Of a stretch of DNA of 64,000 bases, positions 38,403-50,111 are shown in pieces. The stretch comes from Octopus sinensis (Eukaryota), in assembly GCF_006345805.1 (NCBI RefSeq), contig NC_043019.1:21327360-21391359 (forward strand), in the 5' to 3' direction. The notes under the pieces were generated by a model. It was given only the letters and a program-made list of their open reading frames with translations, had not been told where the DNA came from and did not search any database. The position numbers and the translations under genes are program-made. Within the stretch, counting starts at the first letter, position 1. The number at the start of each line of letters is the position of its first letter.

Positions 38403-39584
38403 CTGGAATTAAAAAAAAAAAATTTTAATAATAAATAAGTAAATAAAGTATTATTAGTTCAATGAAAAACAAAATACAATATAGAAGTAGAAAATGAAAG
38501 AAAAGGGAAATAAAGATATCTTCTCATGGTGCAGAAAGTTTTACAAAAAACCTTTATATTTTGGGTGCGAAGGCTTATCTTCAGAAGGAAACCATAAAAG
38601 TTATGTGTATTTATTTACATTGGTTTTTGTTATTTTATTTTAAACTGCTTTTATTTCCTGGTTTTATATTAAAGAAAATTCAGATAGCTGAGCTTTTTCA
38701 GTTATTTGTTGGCCATACAACTAGCTAAAAGTTTGATGATTTGTATGTTGGCTAAGTCCATCTAGGTTAAAGTTGTTATTGATGTTTAACCCCAAGTTAG
38801 CCCAAAAGTATTCTTACCATGACTCTCTCCTCTCTCATATATATATATATTAGAGACATGCCGTCTAGGTAGGCAAGGTAGCTAGTGCCTACCTTGGATA
38901 AAATAGATTTTCCTTTCATGGCAAAATATGCACCTAATTCAATAAGATGATGAAGGGTGCTCTGATTACTATGTATAAAATGCAAAATATATTATTTTTT
39001 TTATAGATTAGGTAAGCATAATTTGTCCCTGCTTTTCAATCTCAATATTTAAGCTCCACATAAAACTGATGTAGTACACATGCTGTGTACATTCCTACAA
39101 CAACGTTTTCTCTACGTGCTATAAAGGCAGAAGTAAATCTGCCTACAACTCGGTTGCATGCCTGTGTTTTGCTTATTTTTTGTGTGTTTTACTGCATAAA
39201 GGTCACCAACGGTGTACCCTGAGTAATTGCTGATGGCACATGCCTGATATATATATATATGACTTGTCATTGTCAGCTCTATCTTGTATGTGAGAATTTT
39301 GTTTCTTCTTTGCTGAATGCTTTCTTTATATTAATAGCATTGGTGATTCTGTAGACCAATTCTTGCTTGAAAGAGTATGTATATACATATGACAGGCTTC
39401 TTTCAGTTTCTGTCTACCCATTCCACTCACAAGGCTTTGGTCAACCTGAGGATATAGAAGACACATGCCCAGTAGAAGACACACGCAGTGAGACCTAACC
39501 TGGTACCATGTGGTTGGGAAGCTAACTTCTTACCACACAACCATATCTGCACCTTAAAAGGAATTAAAAAATCTTTCTACTCAC

Positions 39585-39748
39585 CAACAGAGTATCGGAA
39601 CCACCAACAATACTTAGACCAAGACCACAATAGCCTTTGTCAATTTCAATATAAGTTTCTTCTCCAGGAACAACGGGACACGTTAAGGGATCGGATGGTG
39701 GCCCTGTTGTTTTAGGGGAAGAAGCCCGTGGATCAGTGCTGGAATCAC
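39585..39748 (-). CDS. MPDZ: MPDZ-like coding exon: (G)[54 protein letters not shown] (linker + start of PDZ10)
   Basis: Acceptor taattacag|, donor TTG|gtgagt. 164 nt, phase 1-0. Matches the vertebrate MPDZ motif [32 protein letters not shown] as I recall it. Confidence 0.96.
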
Positions 39749-40789
39749 CTGTAATTAACAAAGATATCACTTCAATTATTATACAAGGGCTTTTTTTTGT
39801 TTGTTTTCCAGACATTTCACAGGAAAATAACATCATAAATACCAAAATATTTATCTTTTACCTTTTACTTGTTTCAGTCATTAGACTATGGCAATGCTGG
39901 AGCACTGCCTTAAAGGATTTAGTCAGAAAAATTGTCCCTAGTATTTATTTCTTTTAAATCTGGTATTCTTTCAGTCTCTTTTACCAAACTGCTAAGTTAT
40001 GGGGACATAAACCAACACCAGTTGTGAAGTGGGGTGGTGGGGAGCGCACACACACACACACAATGGTTTGTTTACATCCTTGTAAACATCCTGAGCAGTT
40101 TGACATAAAGGCCTGATAGAATAAGCATCAGACTTTAAAAAAAATTACTGGGGTTCATTTGTACGACTAAACTCATCAAGGCAGTGCCCCAGCATGGGCA
40201 CAGTCCAATGACTGAAACATAAAAAGACTGAAGCTAATATGATGACAATTCCATGTGGTGTTGTCAGTGAAGAAAAATACTGCAAAACGTTAGAATATTT
40301 CACAAACAATGCCTCATATTTTGTCTCTTTAAAATGTTTCTTTCCTTTTTTCAAATTCAAAATGTTATCTTTTTACTGCATTTTTCGTGATTCCATTTTG
40401 AAAAGTAAGTTTGATTAGTGTTTTGTTTTGTCTACTTTATATTTGATATTAACGACTTTTTTGTTTCACTTTATTTTCAAATTTCTTTGTCATTGTCAAT
40501 AAAATGTGACATCTTTACATTGGTAAAAAAGAAATGGAAAAACTTTGATATAATGTTTAGAGATGTATTTATTTACTCTGTGGATAAAAAGAATTAGGAT
40601 TGAATTCATCAACAGAGTATTTATCATGAAGATGGATTTGCCAAAAGCCAATGCAGTTAGCACTATGATAAGCTTACTAATCCTTTTACAATGGAAATCA
40701 AATATATCCATTCAAAATTTCATACTCTTAACTGCAGAAAGCATTTTTTAGATATCAATTTACCTTTTGTTGAATAAGGCCGTGCTTGA

Positions 40790-42232
40790 AATTATTTTCT
40801 GTTGAGATATGTGCTGGTGCCACGTTAAAAGCACTTCTGCCAGTGCCACATAAGAAGCACCCAGTACACTTCTCTAAAGTATTAAGAAGGGCATCCAGCC
40901 ATAAAAACCATATCAGAACAGACAATGGAGCCTGGTACAGGCCCCATGCCTTACTAGCCCCTGTCCAACCATCCAACCCATGCCAGCATGGAAAATGGAC
41001 ATTAAATGATGATGATGATATGTCAAGTTTATTGAGGCAATAATATCAATTCTCATTTTCGGTAGATATTTAACATCATTACTGGAAACTTAATTTTGCA
41101 GTTAAAGGGCTAACAGTGTATGTAATTTTTATTTATTTATGCACCCTTCTCAAGCCTAGCCAGGCTCATGGGCCCGGTTTCCCGGTTTCTGTGGCGTATG
41201 TGTTCCCTCCAGCTGGATGGGACGCCAGTCCATCGCAGCGTTACCCAAAAAGCAGGAAGAAAGAGCGAGAGAAAGTTGGGGCGAAAGAGTACAACAGGGG
41301 TTGCCACCAACCCCTGCCGGAGCCTCGTGGAGCTTTAGGTGTTTTCGCTCAATAAACAAACACAACGCCCGGTCTCGGAATTGAAACTGCGAGTCCGCTG
41401 CCCTAACCACTGGGCCATTGCGCATCCACAGTGTATTTAAATTTGTAACAAATTTAGTAATAATGTATTTAACACTATAATGAATTTACACCAATTTTCT
41501 GGACACTGACGGTCTGGAACCTTTTCTAATCTGCACTAATTTATGAGCAGAAACTTCAAATTCCTACAGCTGCCAGACAAATTTACTGGTACTTTGCATA
41601 GTAAAAGACCTCTTTCAATCACAAATGTCCATGGGATTGCATCTAGAAAGTTCCCCTCTGAGGCACAAGTCTGGGCAAGGTTGTTCGTGGAAGACCTGTA
41701 GTCACTCATGGATAGTAGTCTTTCCTCTTCGTGCCACCGATGTTGTCCAAGGAAAAGGCAAAGGCCAATACAGCTTGGCGCCAGTAATGGTTGCAACTCA
41801 TTTCTACACCTAAGTGAGCTGGAGCAACTTGAAATAAAGTGTTTTGCTCAAGAACACAACACACAACCCAGTTTGGGTATTGAAATCAAAACCTCATGAT
41901 TATAACCCTGATGCTCTAACCACTGAGCCATATGCTTTTACACTCTGCATAGTAGAATATTGATAGACTTGTATGCTTTAGAGTAATGTACAGTAACTTT
42001 CCCATTCTGGTCATGATTTCCTCCAGCAGAAACCAATCCCGTGCAAATGGCATCTGTGCCAGTGGCACGTAAAAGCATCCATTACACTTTCGGAGTGGTT
42101 GGTGTTAGGAAGAGCATCCAGCTGTAGAAACCATGCCAAAGCAGACTGGAGTCTGGTGCAGCTTTCCAGCTCTGGTCAAACCATCCAACCCTTGCCAGCA
42201 TGGACAATGGATGCCAAATGATGACGATGATA
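40790..42232. mobile_element. SINE cluster: family C (+, ~40790-41020 and ~42045-42232), tRNA-SINE with V-like domain (-, ~41129-41429), further tRNA-SINE (-, ~41600-41940)
   Basis: 41129-41429 minus: GTGGATGCGCAATGGCCCAGTGGTTAGGGCAGCGGACTCG head and GGGTAACGCTGCGATGGACTGGCGTCCCATCCAG (V-domain-like). 41600-41940 minus: GGCTCAGTGGTTAGAGCATC head and CTTGAGCAAAACACTTTATTTC. Confidence 0.75.
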
Positions 42233-43205
42233 ATGTACAAGTACCTGTATTTCATTTAAATGTTAAAATAAAACACCTGTAATATATTTAGGACAAATTT
42301 ACTAATAATGTACATAGCACTATGATCAATATACTAATGAGGTATTTGATATTATGATGAATTTACCAAAGTTCTATTTAGTGTGACTGTCGTGTTTCCT
42401 GCTCCAAATTAGGTTCTTTCTTGGAAATTAAAGAGCCAAGCTCTTTTTAAATTGAGTAAAATAATAACAATCAACACCCCAACCACCATCACCATCACAA
42501 TCATCATCATAACTATTTCCACCATGACCACCATTATAACTATTTCCATCACCACCATTATCAGAACTGTCTGCATCACCACCACCACCACCACCACCAC
42601 CACCACCACCACCACCACTATCATCAACATCATCATCATTGTTGATGCCATCAGTATTACCATCCAGGTAGTTAAAAAATAACTAAATCAGTCCTTGAAT
42701 CAATCTCACCATCCATATTTTCTCACAATGCCACATATAAATAGCAAACTTTACTCTGTCTTAATGTCCTTCTACTTACGCTAATTAATTATATAATCAA
42801 TTCTCTTCTTATCCAACCCGTTCTTAGTTTTTTTTTTTTTCCCCAGTTGTCTTTCACTTAATAGATTTTACTCAATACTAGAAACTGTTACTGTAATTAT
42901 TACAAATACGATTGTGAATGAGGTTCACCACCACCATACTCACTAGCAGCATCATTCCACCCCCCTCTCAACATTTTCTTTCCTTCCTTCCTTCTCCTCC
43001 TCTCTCTCCTACCCTCTTCTTTCCACCTTTTTCTCCTATCTCTCATCACTTTTGTCCTTTTTCTTCCTCCTCCGCCCCACCTCTCCTTATATATCTCTCA
43101 TACACTTTTCCATCATTTCTTTCCCTTTTCCTCCTCCCCTCATATCCAATTTTCTTCTCTTTTCTCTAATATCCTTTTCTTTCTTATCCCATTCTCTATT
43201 ACTAC

Positions 43206-43438
43206 CTATTTCTTTACTACCCACAAGGGGCTAAACACAGAGGAGACAAACAAGGTCAGACAAAGGGATTAAGTCGATTATATCGACCCCAGTGCGTAAC
43301 TGGTACTTATTTAATCGACCCCGAAAGGATGAAAGGCAAAGTCGACCTCGGCGGAATTTGAACTCAGAATGTAACGGCAGACGAAATACCACTAAGTATT
43401 TTGCCCAGCATGCTAACGTTTCTGCCAGCTCGCCACCT
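43206..43438 (-). mobile_element. Young full-length family B SINE flanked by a ~113-bp direct duplication
   Basis: Near-consensus SINE; flanks 43094-43206 and 43439-43576 are the same pyrimidine-rich sequence. Confidence 0.9.
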
Positions 43439-43762
43439 TCTCTCATATACTTTTCCATCATTTCTTTTCCTTTTCCTCCTCCCCTCTCTCTCGCTCCTCC
43501 CCTCATATCCAATTTTCTTCTCTTTTGTCTAATATCCTTTTCTTCCTTCTTTCTTATCCCATTCTCTATTACTACCATCTCTAAGTAAAGTTAACAATCT
43601 CTCCACTCGTTCTCTCTCTCACACACACATTTTCTGTCCCATAAAACTGACAACAGCAGACTTAAACCAAGCAGACAGTTTCTTCTGAAAGGAGAAACAA
43701 AAAGTCATACTAAACTACATTTCTTATTTCCACTCCCCAACCCTGAAAGTTTTATCAAGGGA

Positions 43763-44145
43763 CTAGCAGTATCGCCCGGCGTTGCTCAGGTTTGTAAGGG
43801 AAATAACTATAAAGCATTTTTAGAGAGTTATAGCCAAAAAATAGCAAAAAAATGGAAAAAAATGATGGTAAATTTTTTTTTTAGTTAAAAAAGGTGGAGT
43901 TGCGTCCCCTAGACAGTTTGCGGTTTGTGTTTCTGATTCTCGACCCCATGTCGAATTTATCGATTTTTTTCAGAACTGGGGGAACTTTTCAAAATTTTCG
44001 CTGCGTTAGTTTTGAATTATGACATTGGGCTATGTGTGTGTCAAGTTTCATCAGAATCGGTTGAAAGCCGTGGTCAGGGTGAGGGTACAAGCAAACAGAC
44101 ACACAGAAACACGCACAGACAAACTGCCGTTTATATAGAGAGAGA
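43763..44145 (-). mobile_element. Non-autonomous Helitron H1
   Basis: Minus strand starts TC (44145-44144), ends with hairpin CCTGAGCAACGCCGGG + CTAG (43766-43763), sits between A and T, no TSD. Confidence 0.8.
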
Positions 44146-44683
44146 TTAGAGCAGGGGATTAAAATGGCTTAACACACATTGGCCAATCTGAAAGAAACAC
44201 TGACCAGTCTTGCACTGATCAAACAGCTCTAGTGTTTGATCAGTATGTTACTGATAGTTCTGTTCTTTTTAGCACTATACATCTTGGGGAGCCCCTCTCA
44301 GTAGAGGGGGCTTGCATAGACCAATGTCTCTGAGAGCAATGCTGTCAGGAGTTTTAAACTCCTTGGTGACAAGGTTGAAGACAGGGACCCAGACTAAGTG
44401 CACAAAGATCCTAATGGTAGAATAAGTGGATGATGATTAACAACAGGTCTCAGTGCTTGAACCAGCAGATGAAGAGGGCTATACATGATGGACATGCTGC
44501 TTGAAACTATAACTGGGTCAGTGGGAGGCTGTTGCAATTTCATAACTGGATCCTGCATGTCCCATTCCATACGTGCTGCAGCGGAAGGTTATGAAATCAA
44601 GTGCGTGAGCCACTTCCTGGCAAGCTGAGCTCCACTTTAAACAAATCCATGCCATTGGCACTTTCTTCTATGCTATATGAGAT

Positions 44684-45075
44684 CATCATCGTCATCATCA
44701 TCGTTTAGCGTCCGCTTTCCATGCTGGCATGGGTTGGACGGTGCAACTGGGGTCTGGGAAGCCAGAAGGCTGCACCAGGCCCAGTCTGATCTGGCAATGT
44801 TTCTACGGCTGGATTCCCTTCCTAATGCCAACCACTCCATGAGTGTAGTGGGTGCTTTTTACGTGTCAGACGAGGCTGGCAAATGGCCATGAACGGATGG
44901 TGCTTTTTACGTGCCACCGGCACGGAGGCCAGGCCAGGCTGGCAACGGCCACGATTGGATGGTGCTTTTTACGTGCCACCGGCATGGAAGCCAGTTGGGG
45001 CGGCGCTGGCAGCAGCCATGTTCGGATGGTTCTCTTATGTGCCACCGGCACTGGTATCACAGCTACAATTTCCAT
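44684..45075 (-). mobile_element. SINE family C with internal tandem GGTGCTTTTTACGTG units
   Basis: Seen directly. Confidence 0.85.
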
Positions 45076-45843
45076 TGATGAGATAACTTTCTCAAAATGA
45101 ATACTGCAGTGTTGAGGCTTTTTTAAAGTATATTCATGTTGAGTAAGATATTCAGATAGCTATTCTGAACTAATACTGATTCAGCCTAATAGCGATTAAA
45201 GAGACTGTGTCAAGATACCCACAAGGCATTTTGTCCCTAATTCCACTAACTCTCAGCTAGCAATAACAATATTTATGGCTTATTTTGCCCAGTAATAAGA
45301 TCTTTGGAGAGAAAACATTAGGAGGTGAAGGAGGTGGTGTGTGTTGATCGATCGTATTGGAGATCTTAGTAAATTGTTTTATATTGACTCTATTAGGATA
45401 AAAGACAAACATTAGAGTTGGTAGGATGTGAAACACAATGGATGACAGTGACATGAAGGGAAAAGAATGATGAAGGAGAAAAAATAACAGAAATATAACA
45501 AAGAGAAAGATCAAAAACGGAACCAGAAAAAATACTGAGACATACTCACACACACACATAAATATATACACATACAAACACACATTCACAAAACTGCAAA
45601 TACACATACACAAGCAAATCTGCATACGCACATACACATATACATATGTGCTCACATATACATACATATATATCATATATATATATGTATACACACACAT
45701 ATATACATACATATGTATACACATATATACAAATATATATATATACACACATATATACATATACATACATATGTATACACATATATACAAATATATATAT
45801 ATACACACATATATACATACATATGTATACACACATATATATA

Positions 45844-46192
45844 ATTAATTAATAAGGGTGAGAGAATTAGATACTAATTTAATAGTATATCTATTCAACA
45901 CCAAGTGGCCTAGTGCTCCGAGAAACCTGGATTATTATAATATTTTATAATATATTACAATATTTTTACAAAATAAATATAAGAGAGTGGTCACTATATG
46001 GCTCACTCTAGCACCAGTTAATCCAAAAGGTTTCAACCACAAAAATACATGTTTCCCATGAAAGTCAGTACGATTGTGAGCTAACAATCGTACTGACTTT
46101 CATGGGAAACATGTATTTTTGTGGTTGAAACCTTTTGGATTAACTGGTGCTAGAGTGAGCCATATAGTGACCACTCTCTTATATTTATTTTG
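45844..46192. mobile_element. Microsatellite-anchored insertion ending in a perfect 109-bp fold-back
   Basis: Arms 45969-46077 and 46084-46192 are exact reverse complements, loop GAGCTA. Confidence 0.7.
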
Positions 46193-46197
46193 CACAC

Positions 46198-46228
<31 letters not shown>

Positions 46229-46763
46229 TATATATACACAGACATACACCCGTATATCCATTTAAACTAATATGATACACTATTACACACACACACACAC
46301 ATATGAGATTAGAAGAGTAATGTCTGTGATTAGAGTCAGTAAACTATGATCAAAAATATTGGAATAACCATTGTTACTGATGCAAGAACTTAGTGTTTTG
46401 TCAGTGGCAACAAAAACCACCATCTCTACACATACGCAAAAAGAAAAACCCTACCATAATCAATACTACTATACACCTACACACCACGCATTTCAGTCAA
46501 ACAATGCCATTGAAGATATATTTTGAATTATGTATATTTTATATTGCAGAACAACGGCATTGTTGGTTCCAGGTTTCCAATGGGCCAATCATTGGCCGAC
46601 TGCATGTTGCAACGGTGATGATGAAAAGGGAGCGTGAGAGTGCAATTTGGGTGAAGTAAACACCACAAGATACTTTCCATGCAAACACACCTGTTTATTT
46701 GATTTTCTTGGAAATATTTACATTTTTTGCTGGAAGAAATACACACAGATATATATATATATA

Positions 46764-47260
46764 CTAGCAGCATAGCCCAGCATTGCCAGGGTATGTAAGA
46801 GCCCCTGGAGCAGATATGATGCTCGCTGTGAATTAAAAAAAAATTCCTGCCAATTTGAGAAAGATATTGTCGAAAATATGTCATCTTGAATTTGAACGCG
46901 ATTTCCCAAAATGGCATGATTTTATCGATTTTTTATGATAGTAAGGTATTGCATGGAAAACTAACATCAGAATTAAGTTTCTAAGGGTAACATTAAGCTT
47001 CACCATGAGTTTGGTGAAAATTGATTGCAAGTTGCGAAAACTACAACAGAAAATGTGTTGCAAATAAAAAGCTTAGATTCTCGACCCCATGTCGAATTTC
47101 TCGATTTTTTTCAGAACTGGGGAACTTTTCAAAATTTTTGCTGCGTTAGTTTTGAATTATGACATTAGGCTATGTGTGTGTCAAGTTTCATCAGAATCGG
47201 TTGAAAGCCGTGGTCAGGGTGAGGGTACAACCTGCCAGACACACAGACAGACAAACTGCC

Positions 47261-47270
<10 letters not shown>
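46764..47270 (-). mobile_element. Non-autonomous Helitron H2
   Basis: CTAG at 46764-67 next to a degenerate hairpin (GCCCAGCATTGCCAGGG); 47076-47260 is nearly identical to H1 43935-44135. The 5' TC is lost in (TA)n. Confidence 0.75.
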
Positions 47271-47313
<43 letters not shown>

Positions 47314-47410
47314 GGAGTAAGCACATAAATGTGAAACAAGGTAGAAAAAAGAGTACTCAAATACCAGAGGTAGAGTAATATGCTTTATTTAAAAGTTGCT
47401 TTTAAATAAA

Positions 47411-47451
<41 letters not shown>

Positions 47452-47618
47452 GAATTTACAAAAACACAAAAGACGAAGATGGGTTTGTAAACTACAAATA
47501 CATGTATATATAAGTATATAATTATAAATATATAATTATAATTAAGGGTGCTGGAGGGACAACACCAATACGATAGAAGTAGATGTCAGACGTCTACAAA
47601 CCACTCTAAATTTGTTCT

Positions 47619-47903
47619 CCTTTTGGCACAAAGCTGACTGCAAGGAAATGGACAAGAAGATTTATAACATATTGGACACTTCTATATCTTAAGATTTCGT
47701 GTTTTGTAATAAAAATTATTTCACAATCATTAGTAGAATATACTGACCATATATATTTTTCACTTATAGATGGTTGGTATATTCTACTGATGAATGTAAA
47801 GTAATTTTTACCACAAAACAATAAAATCTTAAGAAATAAATTTGTCCGAAATTTTATAAAATCTCCTTGTCCATTTTTCCACATTCAGTCTTGTGCCAAA
47901 AGG
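47619..47903. mobile_element. Old palindromic (foldback/MITE-like) element
   Basis: ~130-bp imperfect inverted arms, CCTTTTGGCACAA...GTAGAATATAC..ACCAT / ATGGTTGGTATATTCTAC...TTGTGCCAAAAGG. Confidence 0.7.
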
Positions 47904-48382
47904 TGTCTTTCAACTGAGGATGAACCAAATTGAGCTGGCATGTATAAAGTGAAAGCCTTAAGGCAGGAACATAGGAGATGGACATAAGAGGTTTTAGCAG
48001 TCAGCAGTCATAGATACATATGACTGGATGTGCTTGACATACCAGTCAGGTTTCAGTTCTAAAATTAATCATGTTAAACTCCCATTGTCGCTTGTACACA
48101 GAGATTGTCTGTATTTGAGGGTAAGTTATGACATAATACAAAGAGCACAACACTAATAAGAGATAAGAACATGGACACTGACTCAATATGCCTTTATTTT
48201 GTCTGTTACATAAATTTCAGTGTCCTGATACACACACACACATCATTAAAAGGCACTGTGAAGCATGACAGAACCAAAGATAGGGTTCAGAAGCAGCCTC
48301 CACATTCCACTCTAATTTCCAGTGTAGTATGAATCAGGGAAAGAAGCTTGGGAGGATAGGCTTGAGTGCAGAATATATATAT

Positions 48383-48667
48383 GTGGAGGTGCAATGGCCT
48401 AGTGGTTAGGGCAGCGGACTCACGGTTTCGATTCCCAGACCGGGCGTTGTGAGTGATTATTGAGCGAAAACACCTAAGGCTCCACGCGGCTCCGGCAGGG
48501 TGGTGGCGATCCCTGCTGTACTCTTTCACCACTCTTTCTCTCACTCTTTCTTCTGTTGGCCTGCTCGCATTGCCAGCGGGGTGGCATCATTTGAAGGCTA
48601 AAACAATGTGAAGTGTATTGTGACCAGCGATGTGTAGCAACATCTGATGGTCTGGTCGGTCACGGTG

Positions 48668-48669
<2 letters not shown>
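48383..48669 (+). mobile_element. tRNA-derived SINE sharing head and body with the 41129-41429 copy but with a different 3' end
   Basis: GTGGAGGTGCAATGGCCTAGTGGTTAGGGCAGCGGACTC...GAGCGAAAACACCTAAGGCTCCACG. Confidence 0.8.
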
Positions 48670-48711
<42 letters not shown>

Positions 48712-49124
48712 ATATAATTGTGTGCACACATACATATATAAATACATACATACATACATATATAGGGTGTGTTGGTGCATGTGCATAACTGGGTAAGTGT
48801 AAAAGTGCATATCTGCATGCATACATGTCTACAGATACATCAATTTTTCCCCTCCTCCGTTTTCTTATACAGACCCCATTCCAGATAATATATGATAGCT
48901 CAACCCAATGGAGTCCGTGTGTTTGTTCAACAATTCACACGTACCTTGCATTACTTGAGCCACTTGAGGGACAAGTTGAATGTGTCTGTTCAGTTTTACT
49001 TGTCTCAAGAAGTAACTACATATAAACACACACACACACACACATATGCATGCTTAAAACTAAATAGTTTATAAAAGAATTTCACAGGAGATCTCCAGAT
49101 GAATGTAAGAAAGCGACTACTCAC

Positions 49125-49233
49125 CACATGCACCACCAATTGATATAACATCGTTTCTGTGACCTCCAAATGTTGCTTTACGGATGAATTTTAATTTTAC
49201 TTTTCCTTGTGTTTTTCTCAAAATCTCCATTGC
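49125..49233 (-). CDS. MPDZ: MPDZ-like coding exon: AMEILRKTQGKVKLKFIRKATFGGHRNDVISIGGAC(G)
   Basis: Acceptor ccatttatag|, donor TG|gtgagt. 109 nt, phase 0-1. Completes helix B and strand F of the PDZ domain. Confidence 0.9.
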
Positions 49234-49410
49234 CTATAAATGGAGATATAAGATATATGAAGACATGGGAAAAATAAGACAAAAATAAAAAACATAAACA
49301 AATAAAACAATAATTATGTATGATATGTGTGTGAATGTATCTTCATTGTATGTATGTATCCAAATATATGTATGCACAAATAAATAAATAAATAAATAAA
49401 TAAATAAATA

Positions 49411-49462
<52 letters not shown>

Positions 49463-49463
<1 letters not shown>

Positions 49464-49858
49464 TAGCAGTATCGCTCGGCGTTGCTCGGGTTTGTAAGGG
49501 AAATAACTATAAAGCATTTTTAGAGAGTTATAGCCAAAAAATAGCAAAAAAATGCATTAGAAATGGAAAAGAAATGATGGTAAATTTTTTTTTAAATCGT
49601 TGACTCATCGTAGACATTTTTAGAGAGTTACTTCCCTTATATAATAGTGAAAAAATGCATTAAAATGGAAAAAAATCATATAAATTATTTTTAAAATCGT
49701 AGACTCATCGTAGACGCGCGCTAATACCCAGAAGGGCTCGATATGAATCACGACTATAAGATACCCGGTTTTGGTTAAACTGCACCGCAAAATGTGGGAG
49801 TAGTTAGGAATCTAAATCGTAGGAGACAGACACACAACCTTACTTTTATATATAAAGA
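49463..49858 (-). mobile_element. Non-autonomous Helitron H3
   Basis: Minus strand TC (49858-57) ... CCCGAGCAACGCCGAG hairpin + CTAG (49466-63), A|T target; 49462-49590 is nearly identical to H1 43762-43880. Confidence 0.8.
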
Positions 49859-49864
49859 TATAAC

Positions 49865-50070
49865 AGGAAGGTTTACGAAAATAGATAAAAGACGAAGGCA
49901 GGTGGAGTACAAACAAACAAATGTATTAGTATGGCGCTCAGGAATAGAAATAGAACAAGTCTTTTACGTTTCGAGCCTACACTCTTCGACAGAAAGATAC
50001 ACAGAAAAAAACAAGGAGAGAAACAAGAAGAGAAAAAAAAGCGTGTAGGAGCTAATGATCTATCATGGCG

Positions 50071-50072
<2 letters not shown>
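49865..50072 (-). mobile_element. (TA)n-anchored Penelope-like terminal repeat fragment with a variant hammerhead-like motif; related fragments at ~24310-24425 and ~47448-47510
   Basis: Minus 49997-49960: TCTTT CTGTCGAA GAGT GTAG GCTC GAAACGTA AAAGA. The Penelope assignment is inferred. Confidence 0.5.

Positions 50073-50102
<30 letters not shown>

Positions 50103-50111
<9 letters not shown>

Noticed and set aside
46093-46115. CTGACTT...GAAACATGTA hammerhead-like string in the 109-bp hairpin
   Set aside because: Has GAAAC and a palindromic ACATGT but lacks the essential G8-A9 and a stem II.
47788-47794. CTGATGA in the 47619 palindrome (also on minus at ~29416-29422)
   Set aside because: No downstream stem II and GAAA, so a chance heptamer.
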